Shown here: positions 11,455 through 22,367 of the stretch, in pieces
How the letters are laid out: every line of letters begins with the position of its first letter
How positions within the stretch are numbered: the first letter of the stretch is position 1
Translations under genes and position numbers: made by a program
The notes under the pieces: model-generated
What the model was told of the DNA's origin: nothing
The model's database searches: none
Seen by the model: only the letters and a program-made list of their open reading frames with translations
Assembly (NCBI GenBank): GCA_024346625.1
Contig: AP024667.1
Span: forward strand, 806,001-870,000
Reading direction: 5' to 3'
Origin: Williopsis jadinii
Taxonomy: Eukaryota
DNA length: 64,000 bases

Positions 11455-12843
11455 TGTGTTTAGTTCTTTAGGCAATTGGTTTGATTGGAGTTCAATTCAA
11501 GCGGTTATTAATCAAGAAAAGAACGAATGAAGATCCTTTTATATAAGAAGAGGAAATTGCCCAACTGCCTGCTCCCTCAGGATGAGCGGGTTTTCTTTTC
11601 CCAAAGAGGAAAGACAATCCCGCCCACTTTCCCAGTTTCAACTCCGAGGAAAATTCTACGACAATCGGATTTCACTGATTACGAAATAAGGGAAATTTTT
11701 TCTTTCCCCTTCAGGCACCGTAGTCAGATGGGAGGATATGATTGGTCTGGTGTCTTTCCATTGTGTCTGTGCCCTTTTTAGTGTAATTAGTAAGGCAGTG
11801 GAGTCCACGAGTGCTGAGTATATACAGGTTCAGTTCCAGGGTCAAATGTATGGGGTTAACGCCGATTGGTCGGAGAAGAAGAGCGCCGTTGTTGGCTGTA
11901 GAGAGTATGTATAAGCTCTGAATGCGGTTGTTAGATTTGCTAAGATGGATTAGTATTCGCCAATGTGATGACCACTGTGCCATGTGTCTATGTTTTAGTG
12001 GGCAGCAACTGATTTTGATCTTTGCTGTGGTACAATTTTAGTCTATTGCAGCTGGAGTTGTGGTTTATTCGTAGAGATATTCCACCCTTGATGGGAACAC
12101 AAGGATTCCTCTGTGCTGTGAAGCATTGTCTGATGATGATGATACTGTTCTGACCCTCGTCACCGCCTACTGATCTTCTGCTAAACACTCTCGAGACGGA
12201 AGGGAGCTTTGGAAGAGCTGTTGGAATACCAACATGTTGCTCTGTCCTGACAATTGCGTACTCTGAGTGTAAACTCGAAAAGTGTATGCATTGATGATTC
12301 ACGAAGGTGGTGGCCATTGTCTTTGTTGCTCAGAGTCTGGCCCAGAACTGTAAAGCTGCGACCTCGTTCCTTAGGTAGCTCTAAGAAGCCCGTATATGTG
12401 CACTTTCAGTCTTATAGTGGAGAACACGCCTATCTCTTCGATGACACGTTTGCATATTCACCAAGAATCCTTCTGGATCTGGATTACTACATGTGTCGTG
12501 GTGTGTTTTGTGGTCTCTAACCTCAGAGTCCGTGTATAGATGCGGTCATTTAGCAATTCAGTGCCTTGCAGCTTAAAAGTCTCGCTCAGTTCTTCTTCAT
12601 TATCAGACAGGGAGTTGAGGCATGTTAATACTGCCTCCACCGTACACTGTGCCATAACCTCCAACACGGTCTCCTCTGCTAACGAGACAATTTACTATAC
12701 GTTGTTGAGGATCATTGATTCATAAGTTGTTATACTGGTGTATAGAACGGTTCATCTCACGAAGACATCGTAGATGTAATAGCTGCACTACCATGCGTGG
12801 ACCCTTTGCCTCGAAAGCGTGTGCCTTGGGCGAGCAAAAAAAA

Positions 12844-12916
12844 TGCGATTTCTGTGGATTGAACACAGGCCCTCATGATCTTCAGTCATGCGCTCTCCCG
12901 ACTGAGCTAAAACCGC
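12844..12916 (-). tRNA. tRNA-Phe (GAA), intronless
   Basis: Reverse complement GCGGTTTTAGCTCAGTCGGGAGAGCGCATGACTGAAGATCATGAGGGCCTGTGTTCAATCCACAGAAATCGCA forms a cloverleaf and is followed by an oligo-T Pol III terminator. Confidence 0.96.
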
Positions 12917-13802
12917 ATGCTTGATGATTAAGAACATGATCGTGTTTGTCACACAGTGTATACCATATACTCCATCCGCGCTCATAACCAGCTCTCATGC
13001 TCCTCAATCTATTGCGCTATATACACCGATTCGCCATACTCTTCTCGCTGTTCGAATCAATGAAGATAATCTGAGGCCTGTACACCAATGGCAAGCTGAG
13101 AATATTAATGGTTTACTCATACCACCAAGTCTGGAGACAACTCCCAAAGTGTGGCTACATGCCACTCCATACGTCGCTTGCCCCTCATTACTCTCTATGC
13201 TCTATACAACACTACACCACATCCTCCAAAGAACTACAATGACCACCTGAACGTCATCAGACGTGCTCTAGCTCCTCCTTCCAAGCTCAGCACCGACGGA
13301 AGCTCCTCCAATTGGCTTTTGCCCACACATCCAAAACCAAAATGACTCAACGGATGCATCGCTTATCAAAGGCCCCCCCCCCAAAAAAAAAACCGAAAAT
13401 CCGCACACCTTGTACGGGATTTTGTGCCAAAGGGCAACAATTTGTGTCACTGTGTACGGAGCTATTAATACGCAATAATTCGCACCGTTTTCACTCCTGT
13501 TTTCTCCTTAGCAGCACGCTCTGATTGCACCCCTGCTCTCCCACTCGGCTTGAAAGCAATTGAAGAACAGAGATGCCGTTGAACAAGCTGACCATGAGTG
13601 CAACGAGAGATCACAGACGGCACAAGGATACGAAAATCGGCAAGCTGAGGACTTCGCCGAGGGGTTCAGTATCGCTTTCGGCAAGCAGCAGCAGCTGTGC
13701 CATATCCGGGGGTGGTGATAATCATAATCACAATAATAACAATTATAATTATAATAATACAACAGCAACGATGGTACGGATAGTCCAAGCGGAGGCTCTG
13801 TG

Positions 13803-14390
13803 ATGCCTGTGCTCCAGAGGAGTACCGGTGATGCAAAGCCTTACCGTCACAGCTTCAGCAACTTTGGGAACATTGAGACGAAGGATGCTGGCGTGTCCCA
13901 CAGAGCACGGTTCAACAGACGTGTGTCGAGTTTCACGTCTTCATCTTCGCCGTGGGCAAGACGCCGTTCATTCCTCTCATCGACTATGATATCGGACGAG
14001 AAGCATTTGGTGTATGAACTTCACTCTGGACGGTTCTTCAACGATGTACCGATGTACTCGATTTCGCTAAAGGAGTCCCAGGGCTTCACGTGGAATCAAG
14101 ACTTGTTTGCGTCCCAGTACCAGCAACAGAGTGCAGTGCTGTATGATACTGAGGAGGACACGGATAACGAAGATGCGATAATGATGGAGGATGACGATGA
14201 TGATGATGCTCATGATGATGACGATGGTGATGCTCATGTGGGTAGTTTCCGCAGATTGGCCAGCTTGTCAAGAGCCAGACGAAGCACACGTCGCTCTTAT
14301 TCGTACAGTGCGAGTCAGGAACATGGTAACGTTGTACATAAGGTTAAGGTGATGGACTTTGGTGTTACAAGTGACGAAGACGACGAATGA
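13803..14390 (+). CDS. Uncharacterised 195-aa protein (basic Ser/Arg-rich and acidic tracts); possibly the UGX2 ortholog, by synteny only
   Basis: Long ORF with protein-like core YSISLKESQGFTWNQDLFASQYQQ. It is divergent from SFA1, as YDL169C is from YDL168W in S. cerevisiae (inference). Confidence 0.7.
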   Translation: MPVLQRSTGDAKPYRHSFSNFGNIETKDAGVSHRARFNRRVSSFTSSSSPWARRRSFLSSTMISDEKHLVYELHSGRFFNDVPMYSISLKESQGFTWNQDLFASQYQQQSAVLYDTEEDTDNEDAIMMEDDDDDDAHDDDDGDAHVGSFRRLASLSRARRSTRRSYSYSASQEHGNVVHKVKVMDFGVTSDEDDE

Positions 14391-14427
14391 TTAGTACATA
14401 TATAAACGACACTGATATGCCCCCAGA

Positions 14428-15278
14428 TCATAAGTAGAGTCCCAAATTGTTCACGGCTTTGCCATAGCTGAGAGACTTGTCACAGTCTTGGTCAAACTTG
14501 CCGTACAAGCTAAACTTCGCTTTCAGGAACTTAGCCACTTGCACTATGGACTGCTGGTTGATCTTTTCAAATCCTGGGACTCCCTCGCTCTGTAGGATTA
14601 AGGCGTAGTTATTTGGAATGTTCAGAGCCTTGGAATAGCTCAATATTGAGCCTGAAATTCCAGTAATTACGAATGGTGGAACCAGACCAGGGAACTCCAG
14701 TGTCTCTGGAGTGTCTCCAAGTGAGCAAACGGTGTCCGAATAAGGTATTTGACCCGGTGATATGCTGATGATAGGGATCTTGACCTCGTTCAAGAGTAAT
14801 TGGGCAATCAAGTTATAGTTGACCTTATCGAGCCCAAACTTGGGCATCACAATGAGATTCAGCTCTGGATAAGAAACAATATCAACAGTTGCAGATACAG
14901 CCTCCTCGTACGTGACCTCACCAGAGGTTGAATAAAGCTGTTCACTTTCAATGTACTCATCAGTATCCAGCCTCTGTATAAACTTCTTTCTAACGATAAT
15001 TGACGCATTTACAACTGGCTTCCCATAATGCTTCAGCAATATATCGTTATATATCTTCAAGTTATCAGATACAATAACCAACGAGCCGTGTAACGTGTCC
15101 AATTGACCAACAATCTCAACCGAAGGTAAATCAACATCGGTGGTGAAGTCATCGTCCAAATCATCAATCACATGACGAGGTGTCTTTGTCTCGGTCCAAG
15201 GTTTGAACTGTTGGTGGTTTTCCGTCTATTAGTACCTTGTTCTTGATACTGGGTCCTTATTCCTTTACTTACAGCCAT
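14428..15278 (-). CDS. PBA1: Proteasome assembly chaperone Pba1/Poc1; exons 15278-15273 and 15207-14428
   Basis: Intron 15272-15208 (GTAAGT...TACTAAT...CAG) gives MA|FKPWTETKTPRH. LVPPFVITGISGS, SEGVPGFEK, C-terminal HbYX motif GLYL; next to YKE2 and COQ9 as in S. cerevisiae. Confidence 0.85.
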
Positions 15279-15465
15279 GTCTCACACGGATAAACTAATC
15301 AATTGAAGATATTTCACTGCGAGTATAGCTTTCTCGCCTTCTGAAGCCTCTAATTTTTTTAACTGGTGCCCTTCTTTTCCCTGTTGCGAAGAAAAGATCT
15401 TCAGTTCAAGTGCTCAACAGTCTCACTCAACACATCCTCATCAACAGACATCAACAGGTTGAAAT

Positions 15466-15866
15466 ATGAGTAAAGAAGAGTTTGAAAAGACCTCTTTGGA
15501 GTTCAACAAGCTTCAAAACGATCTGTCGACGCTGTTGTCGACACGTCAACAACTGGAGACCCAGTTCCAGGAGAATGACATTGTTCGTAAAGAGTTTGAA
15601 TCACTCGATGACGACGCTAAGATCTACAAACTTACTGGCCCGGTACTGCTACCACAGGACAAGGCCGAAGCTGAGATGAATGTGGACAAGAGAATCGAGT
15701 TCATCAAGAAGGAGATGTATGTATAAGCCATCTTACCATCGTGACCCATAATTACTAACAGAGTTGCCATAGTGAAAGAGCAGAGGGGTCGATCACCACC
15801 ACACAGGCCAAGCTGGACCAGGCGAGGGAAAAGCTCATACAGATTCGCTCATCTCTTCAGTCATAA
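15466..15866 (+). CDS. YKE2: Prefoldin subunit 6; exons 15466-15716 and 15773-15866
   Basis: RQQLETQFQEN, IYKLTGPVLLPQD, NVDKRIEFI. Intron 15717-15772 (GTATGT...TACTAAC...TAG) adds the second helix IERAEGSITTTQAKLDQAREKLIQIRSSLQS*. Confidence 0.92.
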
Positions 15867-15924
15867 CCGTGTATTTCATCTTCTTTTGGTTGTATATAGA
15901 ACTACATATACATATGTAAAGAAA

Positions 15925-16698
15925 TCAGCCTCTTGTTGCTTGGCTCTTAATCAGGTTCAGTCCACTGTTCACCGTGTAGAACAGAAACTCTTCAACGTCA
16001 TTGTAGACCTGGCCCAGATCACCGAGGTTAGAGAGTCTCTTGTCTGCGAGTTCAAAGGTGTTTGTATAGTTTGGAGACTTGTCCTGCGCCATGAAGGTCT
16101 CCAATGCAACGTAGGTGGTGCTCAGCGAGAGTCTCTTTGAATACCAGGCGAAGTCGTTGGCACTGTCGCCAGATAAGAATCTGATATCATCACTCAGCTT
16201 GTGCAGCTCTTCCGATGCCTCACCAATGTTTGGTGGTAGCACGAGGTAAGTCTGTAACTGAGTGATGTGCTTCCCGTAAGGAACGTTACCTTCCAATCTC
16301 TTCTTCACCAGGTACTTCACTTTGGTATTCTCGTCCGATAACTGCTTAAACTCTTCGGTCTGGCTGACAACCTCGGTCAATCTCAATCTCTCTCTGACCA
16401 AATGGAACTTGATCAGGTCAAAAGTGCCGTTGTGGAACAACGATTGGATGGCATCTGAGTACCCAAACGTTCTCGAGCTCTCCAGGATGGCCTTGTGCTG
16501 GAACCCATACTCGGGAACAAACTCCATCGCCTTCTCCAGAATCCGGTACTTTGGGCTCTCCTTGTTGAAGAACGGGTCCTCATCATGCTCGTACGAATGG
16601 TACGATCTAACAACCTTAGGAACAGCTCCAAGACCAATGGTTCGCATGCCAATGGCTCTCACACCAAGGGCTCTACAGCCGGCAATTGTGCTCAACAT
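15925..16698 (-). CDS. COQ9: Ubiquinone biosynthesis protein, mitochondrial
   Basis: Mitochondrial-type leader; LHKLSDDIRFLSGD, FAWYSKRLSLS, FMAQDKS. Confidence 0.93.
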   Translation of the reverse strand: MLSTIAGCRALGVRAIGMRTIGLGAVPKVVRSYHSYEHDEDPFFNKESPKYRILEKAMEFVPEYGFQHKAILESSRTFGYSDAIQSLFHNGTFDLIKFHLVRERLRLTEVVSQTEEFKQLSDENTKVKYLVKKRLEGNVPYGKHITQLQTYLVLPPNIGEASEELHKLSDDIRFLSGDSANDFAWYSKRLSLSTTYVALETFMAQDKSPNYTNTFELADKRLSNLGDLGQVYNDVEEFLFYTVNSGLNLIKSQATRG

Positions 16699-16957
16699 CG
16701 TTCCAAATCAACCTGTGTATGTGAAAAGCGACCAGCCTCGGAATCACCAGTGTATACAAGCACTCAACACAGTGAAATAACACTATTTTAATAACCATGG
16801 AACGAGGAACGGGTGTGCATTGGTATACCAAAAAATGGTTCGATGAGGTTGCCGGAATTGCCTCATTGGGCAGTTTACCCCATTAGGCAGTTTTCGCGGT
16901 GTCACCTGCGGGCTCGTAACCTTTCCCTTTTCGGACAGCGAAAAAACGCTAGCGTAC

Positions 16958-17010
16958 GAAAATTTTTTATGTCATCGCAGGAGGAAGCGAAAAAAAGCTG
17001 GAAAATTTTC
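16958..17010. promoter_or_regulatory. RRPE-like and PAC-like motifs upstream of NOP56
   Basis: GAAAATTTTT, TCATCGC and a second GAAAATTTT. Confidence 0.6.
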
Positions 17011-17090
17011 GTCTCTTGCAAAGGTTGAAGAGGAAGAAGAAGAAGAGGAAGAAGAATTCAAACTAGTAATTCCTGCCCATAGAGATAAAG

Positions 17091-18608
17091 ATGTCTGCTC
17101 CAATCGACTACCTTCTCTTCGAGGAGGCTACTGGTTATGCTGTGTTCAAAGTGAAGTTGCAACAGGATAACATTGGTGCTAAGCTGAAAGAGGTTCAATC
17201 TCAAATCAGCGATTTGGGCAACTTCTCCAAGATGGTTGAGCTCGTGTCCTTTGCTCCGTTCAAAGGTGCTGCACAAGCCTTGGAGAACGCCAATGAGATC
17301 TCTGAAGGCTTGGTTTCCGACTACTTGAAGTCTGTTTTGGAGTTGAACATTCCTAAGGGGTCTGCTAAGAAGCAGATTGTCCTTGGTATATCAGACAAGA
17401 ACTTGGGTCCTTCCATCAAGGAGACCTTTGGTTACATCGACGCTGTCTCCAACGAACTGGTTCAGGACTTACTCAGAGGTATCAGACAGCACGGTGACAA
17501 ATTGCTCAAGGGCTTGCAAGAGGGTGATATTGAGAGAGCTCAGCTCGGTTTGGGTCATGCCTACTCTAGAGCCAAGGTGAAATTCTCTGTTCAGAAGAAT
17601 GATAACCACATCATCCAGGCCATTGCGCTCCTTGATCAACTGGACAAGGACATCAACACCTTCTCAATGAGAGTTAAGGAATGGTATGGATGGCACTTCC
17701 CTGAATTGGCTAAATTGGTTCCAGACAACTACACTTTTGCCAAATTGGTTTTGTTCATCAAGGACAAGGCATCTCTTAACGATGAATCTCTTCATGAGTT
17801 GACAGCATTGCTCAACAATGACTCTGGGCTCGCTCAAACCGTCATTGACAATGCGAGAATCTCCATGGGTCAAGATATCTCTGAGCAAGATTTTGATAAC
17901 TTGTTGGTGTTTGCTAAGAGAGTTGTCTCTTTGACCGATTACAGAAAATCCCTTTACAACTACCTCGAGGATAAGATGCACACCGTGGCTCCAAACTTGT
18001 CCGAGTTGATTGGTGAAGTCATCGGTGCAAGATTGATTTCCCACGCCGGTTCTTTGACAAACTTGTCCAAACAGGCTGCTTCAACTGTTCAAATCTTGGG
18101 TGCTGAAAAGGCCCTTTTCAGAGCTTTGAAGACCAAGGGTAACACTCCAAAGTATGGATTGATTTACCATTCTTCCTTCATTGGTAGAGCATCTTCAAAG
18201 AACAAAGGTAGAATCTCAAGATACTTGGCTAACAAGTGTTCCATCGCTTCAAGAATTGATAACTACTCCGATGCTCCAACCAACGTGTTTGGTCAAATTT
18301 TGAAGAAGCAGGTTGAACAGAGACTGAACTTCTACGACACTGGTGCCCCAACAATGAAGAACTCTGACGCTATCTCTGAGGCACTTGCTTTGTATAACGA
18401 TTTGGACGTTGAGATGGGCGATGCCTCTGATGATGAGAAGGAGGAAGATGAGAAGAAGGAGAAGAAGGAAAAGAAGGAAAAGAAGGAGAAGAAGGAGAAG
18501 AAGGAGAAGAAAGAGAAGAAGGAGAAGAAAGAAAAGAAGGAGAAGAAAGAGAAGAAGAGAAAGAGTGATGATGATGAATCACCAAAGAAGAAGAAGAAAT
18601 CCAAATGA
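17091..18608 (+). CDS. NOP56: Box C/D snoRNP core protein Nop56
   Basis: LGLGHAYSRAKVKF, MRVKEWYGWHFPEL, ASTVQILGAEKALFRALK, KKE tail. Confidence 0.98.
   Translation: MSAPIDYLLFEEATGYAVFKVKLQQDNIGAKLKEVQSQISDLGNFSKMVELVSFAPFKGAAQALENANEISEGLVSDYLKSVLELNIPKGSAKKQIVLGISDKNLGPSIKETFGYIDAVSNELVQDLLRGIRQHGDKLLKGLQEGDIERAQLGLGHAYSRAKVKFSVQKNDNHIIQAIALLDQLDKDINTFSMRVKEWYGWHFPELAKLVPDNYTFAKLVLFIKDKASLNDESLHELTALLNNDSGLAQTVIDNARISMGQDISEQDFDNLLVFAKRVVSLTDYRKSLYNYLEDKMHTVAPNLSELIGEVIGARLISHAGSLTNLSKQAASTVQILGAEKALFRALKTKGNTPKYGLIYHSSFIGRASSKNKGRISRYLANKCSIASRIDNYSDAPTNVFGQILKKQVEQRLNFYDTGAPTMKNSDAISEALALYNDLDVEMGDASDDEKEEDEKKEKKEKKEKKEKKEKKEKKEKKEKKEKKEKKEKKRKSDDDESPKKKKKSK
18450..18558 (+). repeat. 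9-bp coding tandem repeat (GAGAAGAAG variants) encoding KKE repeats
   Basis: About 12 EKK units at the end of NOP56. Confidence 0.9.
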
Positions 18609-18786
18609 TCCAGCTCATTAAAGAGTGAAACCATATAAAATCTTTGTACCATTAGAGAACAAAAAAGGGTTCTTTTAGGCCCCTTTATTACTGCTATTAC
18701 ATACCGTCTAATCGCATTTTATCCTGTTTATTAAATACAGTAGAGAGTATTCCTCAATTACGTATACAGTGAAGAGTTTCCTTCGC

Positions 18787-20484
18787 TTACTCCTCCATGA
18801 CCTCTTCATCGTTTTCATCTTCACTCTTCTCCCCATCACTTTCAACCTCCAGCACGGCCTCTTCATAACCTTCTTGGTACTTTCTGGCGATTCTGGAAGC
18901 TCTTCCATTCTCCTTAGCCTGTTCTCTAGCACGCTTTTGCAATTCTCTTAAGGACTCCTTGAAGCCTGTTCTGACTGCTCTGTTTGAGAACACATCAAAC
19001 ATCTTCAACCCCTTGTTAACACCACCAACAACAACATGTCCTGCAACCTCGATATCTGGTGCAAAGGAAGAAGTAAGAACATTACCAACACCAAAGTCTC
19101 TGGATAACACCATTGAGGGACCTTTACCACTGGAGGTGGCTGTTGTTGGGATTTTCCATAACTTAATAGCCTTTTCACCCATAGCACTGGTCACAAGTAG
19201 ATCTGGAATGTACGAGTTAACTTGTAAAGAGGAGATACCAGCATCATGAGCCTGTAAAGTCCACAGAGGTTTGGATTCATTTCTGATATCGAATGCATAG
19301 ACGTTACCTTGGTCAGTACCTGCGACGAATTGTTCGTTTGAACTCCAACAAACGTTTTCAATCTCTTCTCCAGCACCAACGGACCAGTATTTGGACATTT
19401 CATTAACATCTGTGATTCTGACATCAGATACAGCGACACGACTATCATAACCACCGGTTAATAAGATGGCACCATCCTCCGGATGCCACTGTGAAGAAGA
19501 AACATTCTTCTTTGAGTGGATTGTATCAATAGAACGGACTGCAACGGCTTGATTCAAATCCCAAAGCTTCACGGTATGATCTGCCGATGTTGATGCCAAC
19601 ACATTTCTGTGAAACTTGTTATGTGCAAGAGAAAGCACTGCATCTGTGTGATGCGTAGTGACATGCTGGGACTTCTTCTTCTTCTGCTTCTTAGCCTTGA
19701 TATTGTTATAAGAGTTAGAAGAAGGCTCTCCTAGGATCACATCAGGGAATGCCTTATCAATACAATCCAAGTTCCAAATCTCAATCTGTGGATCAAATGT
19801 ACCGATGGCAGCAAAGTTGCCAACGTTGTCCTCTGTATCCTTGTTTGGTCTGTAGTTTATCCATTCAACGCACAATGGGAATGCTGGAAGCATTAGGTCG
19901 TGATGGATATAAAGAGAAGAGCCTCTTTGTAAGCCATTGGCCACATCAGGGTCCAACTTGTCCTCTTCTTCCTCATCAGCACCTTGCGGAGCACCTGCAC
20001 CGTCATCGTAGACATAAACGTCCAAGTACGAGATATCATCCTCAGTTCTTGTAGCCAGCACCATGTTGTCGGTTGGGTACACTTGCGACTCCAGTTTCTC
20101 TTCGTTGACCTCCTCCTCGTTAGGTAAGGTGATGTATGGGTCTTCACCTTCTTCACCTTCGTGGAACTCAACGTCATCTCTGAGCCCTGGGAACATCGTA
20201 ACAGGTTCACCATTCTCATCAACGTCATCGTCATAGTGCTCTAAATCGTACTCCTTCAAGTCATCATCCAATTCGATCTGCGTGGTCAGCTTGGCAGCCT
20301 GTACTTCCGCTTCTTCAGGCTCAACTTCACCGTCCTCCTCCAATGCTTTAATACCCTCCTGCGCATCTTCAATCTCCAGCTGTGCCAGCTTGTTGATTCT
20401 TTCCATCTCCTGATCGTCCAGCTCATATTTCTCCGGAAACTCGGAGGCAAACCCTCTTGGCACCCATGTAGTTGACGACAACAT
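18787..20484 (-). CDS. PWP1: Periodic tryptophan protein 1 (WD40, ribosome biogenesis)
   Basis: WVPRGFASEFPEKYEL, HHDLMLPAFPLCVEW, WD repeats; lies between NOP56 and NMT1. Confidence 0.95.
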   Translation of the reverse strand: MLSSTTWVPRGFASEFPEKYELDDQEMERINKLAQLEIEDAQEGIKALEEDGEVEPEEAEVQAAKLTTQIELDDDLKEYDLEHYDDDVDENGEPVTMFPGLRDDVEFHEGEEGEDPYITLPNEEEVNEEKLESQVYPTDNMVLATRTEDDISYLDVYVYDDGAGAPQGADEEEEDKLDPDVANGLQRGSSLYIHHDLMLPAFPLCVEWINYRPNKDTEDNVGNFAAIGTFDPQIEIWNLDCIDKAFPDVILGEPSSNSYNNIKAKKQKKKKSQHVTTHHTDAVLSLAHNKFHRNVLASTSADHTVKLWDLNQAVAVRSIDTIHSKKNVSSSQWHPEDGAILLTGGYDSRVAVSDVRITDVNEMSKYWSVGAGEEIENVCWSSNEQFVAGTDQGNVYAFDIRNESKPLWTLQAHDAGISSLQVNSYIPDLLVTSAMGEKAIKLWKIPTTATSSGKGPSMVLSRDFGVGNVLTSSFAPDIEVAGHVVVGGVNKGLKMFDVFSNRAVRTGFKESLRELQKRAREQAKENGRASRIARKYQEGYEEAVLEVESDGEKSEDENDEEVMEE

Positions 20485-20532
20485 CCTCGAGCTTCAATCG
20501 TTTAACAGAAGAAAGGAACAAGTTTACTACAC

Positions 20533-20573
20533 CTCATCGCTTTGATCGAAGAGCTGGGAGAAAAAAAATTTCA
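20533..20573. promoter_or_regulatory. PAC and RRPE-like motifs upstream of PWP1
   Basis: CTCATCGC and AAAAAAAATTTCA. Confidence 0.6.
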
Positions 20574-20748
20574 TAGCGCAGTCAAATCAGGTAAGCGCAG
20601 TGCTGCCAAAAGTATTGCGGGCAAATAAGCAATTTTGTCCGTTTTGTCCCCTTTGTCAATTTTGTCCATTTTGGGTCGTTTTTTGGCCCTTTTTGTCTCT
20701 CTTTTGTCCACACGGTGAGCATCGCCTCTTCTCATAGCAAAAGGAAGC

Positions 20749-22077
20749 ATGTCAAAGAAGTCGATTCAAGAGCTGCTTGAGAAGCTTGCTCAGGGTGTCC
20801 AGCTCGATGAGCAGCAGCAGAAGACCATGGACGATTACAAGTTCTGGAAGACGCAGCCGGTTCCGAACTTTGACGAGAAGATTGACGAGGAAGGTGTTAT
20901 TGAGCAAAAGAGCGTTGATCAGATCTCTAAGGAGCCCTTGCCCCTTAGACCTGAGTTTGAGTGGGCTGATTTGGACCTGAACAAGGATGAGGACCGTGCT
21001 GAAGTGTACAAGCTGCTGTACGAGAACTATGTTGAAGATGTTGACTCTTCCTTTAGATTCAAGTACTCCACTGACTTCCTCGACTGGGCTCTGAAGCCAC
21101 CTGGGTATAAGAAGGAATGGCACGTTGGTGTCAGAGTTAAAGACAGCGGACGTCTTGTTGGCTTCATCGCAGGAACGCCTGCTGACCTCCGTGTGAGGGC
21201 CAACAGCGTGCACGCTGTTGAGATCAACTTCATCTGTGTGCATAAGAAGTTGAGATCAAAGAGATTGGCGCCAATCTTGATCAAAGAGGTCACTAGACGT
21301 GTTAACCTCACGGGCATCTTCCAGGCTCTCTACACAGCAGGAGTTGTGCTGCCAAGCCCTGTCTCAGTGTGCCGTTATTCTCATAGACCTCTCAATTGGA
21401 GCAAACTCCATGACGTTGGGTTCAGTTACCTACCACCTGACGTTACGAAGACCCAGATGATTGCCAAATACACATTGAGAAACGAAGGGAAAGTGAAGAA
21501 CTTGAGAAGGGTGAAATTGGAGGATTTCGACCAAGTTTCGAAACTGTTCCTCAAATATCAGGACCGTTACGACTTGGTTCAAGATTTCACACCGGATGAG
21601 ATCAAGCATTGGCTGTTTGGTAATTTGGAGATTGAAGATTCCAAGAAAGTGGTCCATACGTTTGTCGTTGAAAACGAGGAGGGTAAAATCACCGATTTCT
21701 TCAGTTTCTATCTCCTACCATTCACCGTGTTGAACAATGCCCAGCACGACGAGGTTGGTATCGCATACCTCTTTTACTATGCATCTGACGTTGCCTTTGA
21801 AGCAAACGCAGATTCCAACGGGGCCTTAAAGAAGAGGCTCACGGATCTGATCAACGATGCATTGATCATTGCAAAGAGACTCAACGTTGATGTCTTCAAC
21901 GCATTGACATGCCAGGACAATAACCTATTCATCCAAGACTTGAAATTCGGTGCAGGTGATGGTCTGTTGAACTACTATCTGTTCAACTATAGGGCCAAGT
22001 TCATCTCGGGAGGGTTGGACGATGAGAAGAAGATTGATCCAAACAATCTGAGTAAGATTGGTGTAGTTATGCTCTAA
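20749..22077 (+). CDS. NMT1: Glycylpeptide N-myristoyltransferase
   Basis: KFWKTQPV, NYVED, EINFICVHKKLRSKRLAP, KFGAGDG, C-terminal GVVML. Confidence 0.98.
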   Translation: MSKKSIQELLEKLAQGVQLDEQQQKTMDDYKFWKTQPVPNFDEKIDEEGVIEQKSVDQISKEPLPLRPEFEWADLDLNKDEDRAEVYKLLYENYVEDVDSSFRFKYSTDFLDWALKPPGYKKEWHVGVRVKDSGRLVGFIAGTPADLRVRANSVHAVEINFICVHKKLRSKRLAPILIKEVTRRVNLTGIFQALYTAGVVLPSPVSVCRYSHRPLNWSKLHDVGFSYLPPDVTKTQMIAKYTLRNEGKVKNLRRVKLEDFDQVSKLFLKYQDRYDLVQDFTPDEIKHWLFGNLEIEDSKKVVHTFVVENEEGKITDFFSFYLLPFTVLNNAQHDEVGIAYLFYYASDVAFEANADSNGALKKRLTDLINDALIIAKRLNVDVFNALTCQDNNLFIQDLKFGAGDGLLNYYLFNYRAKFISGGLDDEKKIDPNNLSKIGVVML

Positions 22078-22107
22078 TATATGTTTCAGTTTGCCGGTAG
22101 AGTGTAC

Positions 22108-22142
<35 letters not shown>
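22108..22142. repeat. (TAG)n microsatellite, ~11 units
   Basis: Directly visible between NMT1 and SEC61. Confidence 0.9.
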
Positions 22143-22367
22143 ACCCCAGTTACCTCCCGGTTACGAGCCCGCGCCCACCCCTCGCATTACCCTACTCTTG
22201 TCCATTTCTTAAACGTCGCGTTGGCATTTTCGCGCGTTGTGGACAATCTGTCCCGAACTTTTTTCTCCATTTACAGGAAACAAAGACAAAAGAACCCTTT
22301 GTCCTCTTTCCAAAACGTCCCAACACACCCGAATAACTAGAAGCATTTTCGAGTAAAGTGGCAATCA

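Noticed and set aside
18332..18652. Phe/Ser-repeat and Arg-rich ORFs
   Set aside because: Alternative frames of the NOP56 KKE repeat.
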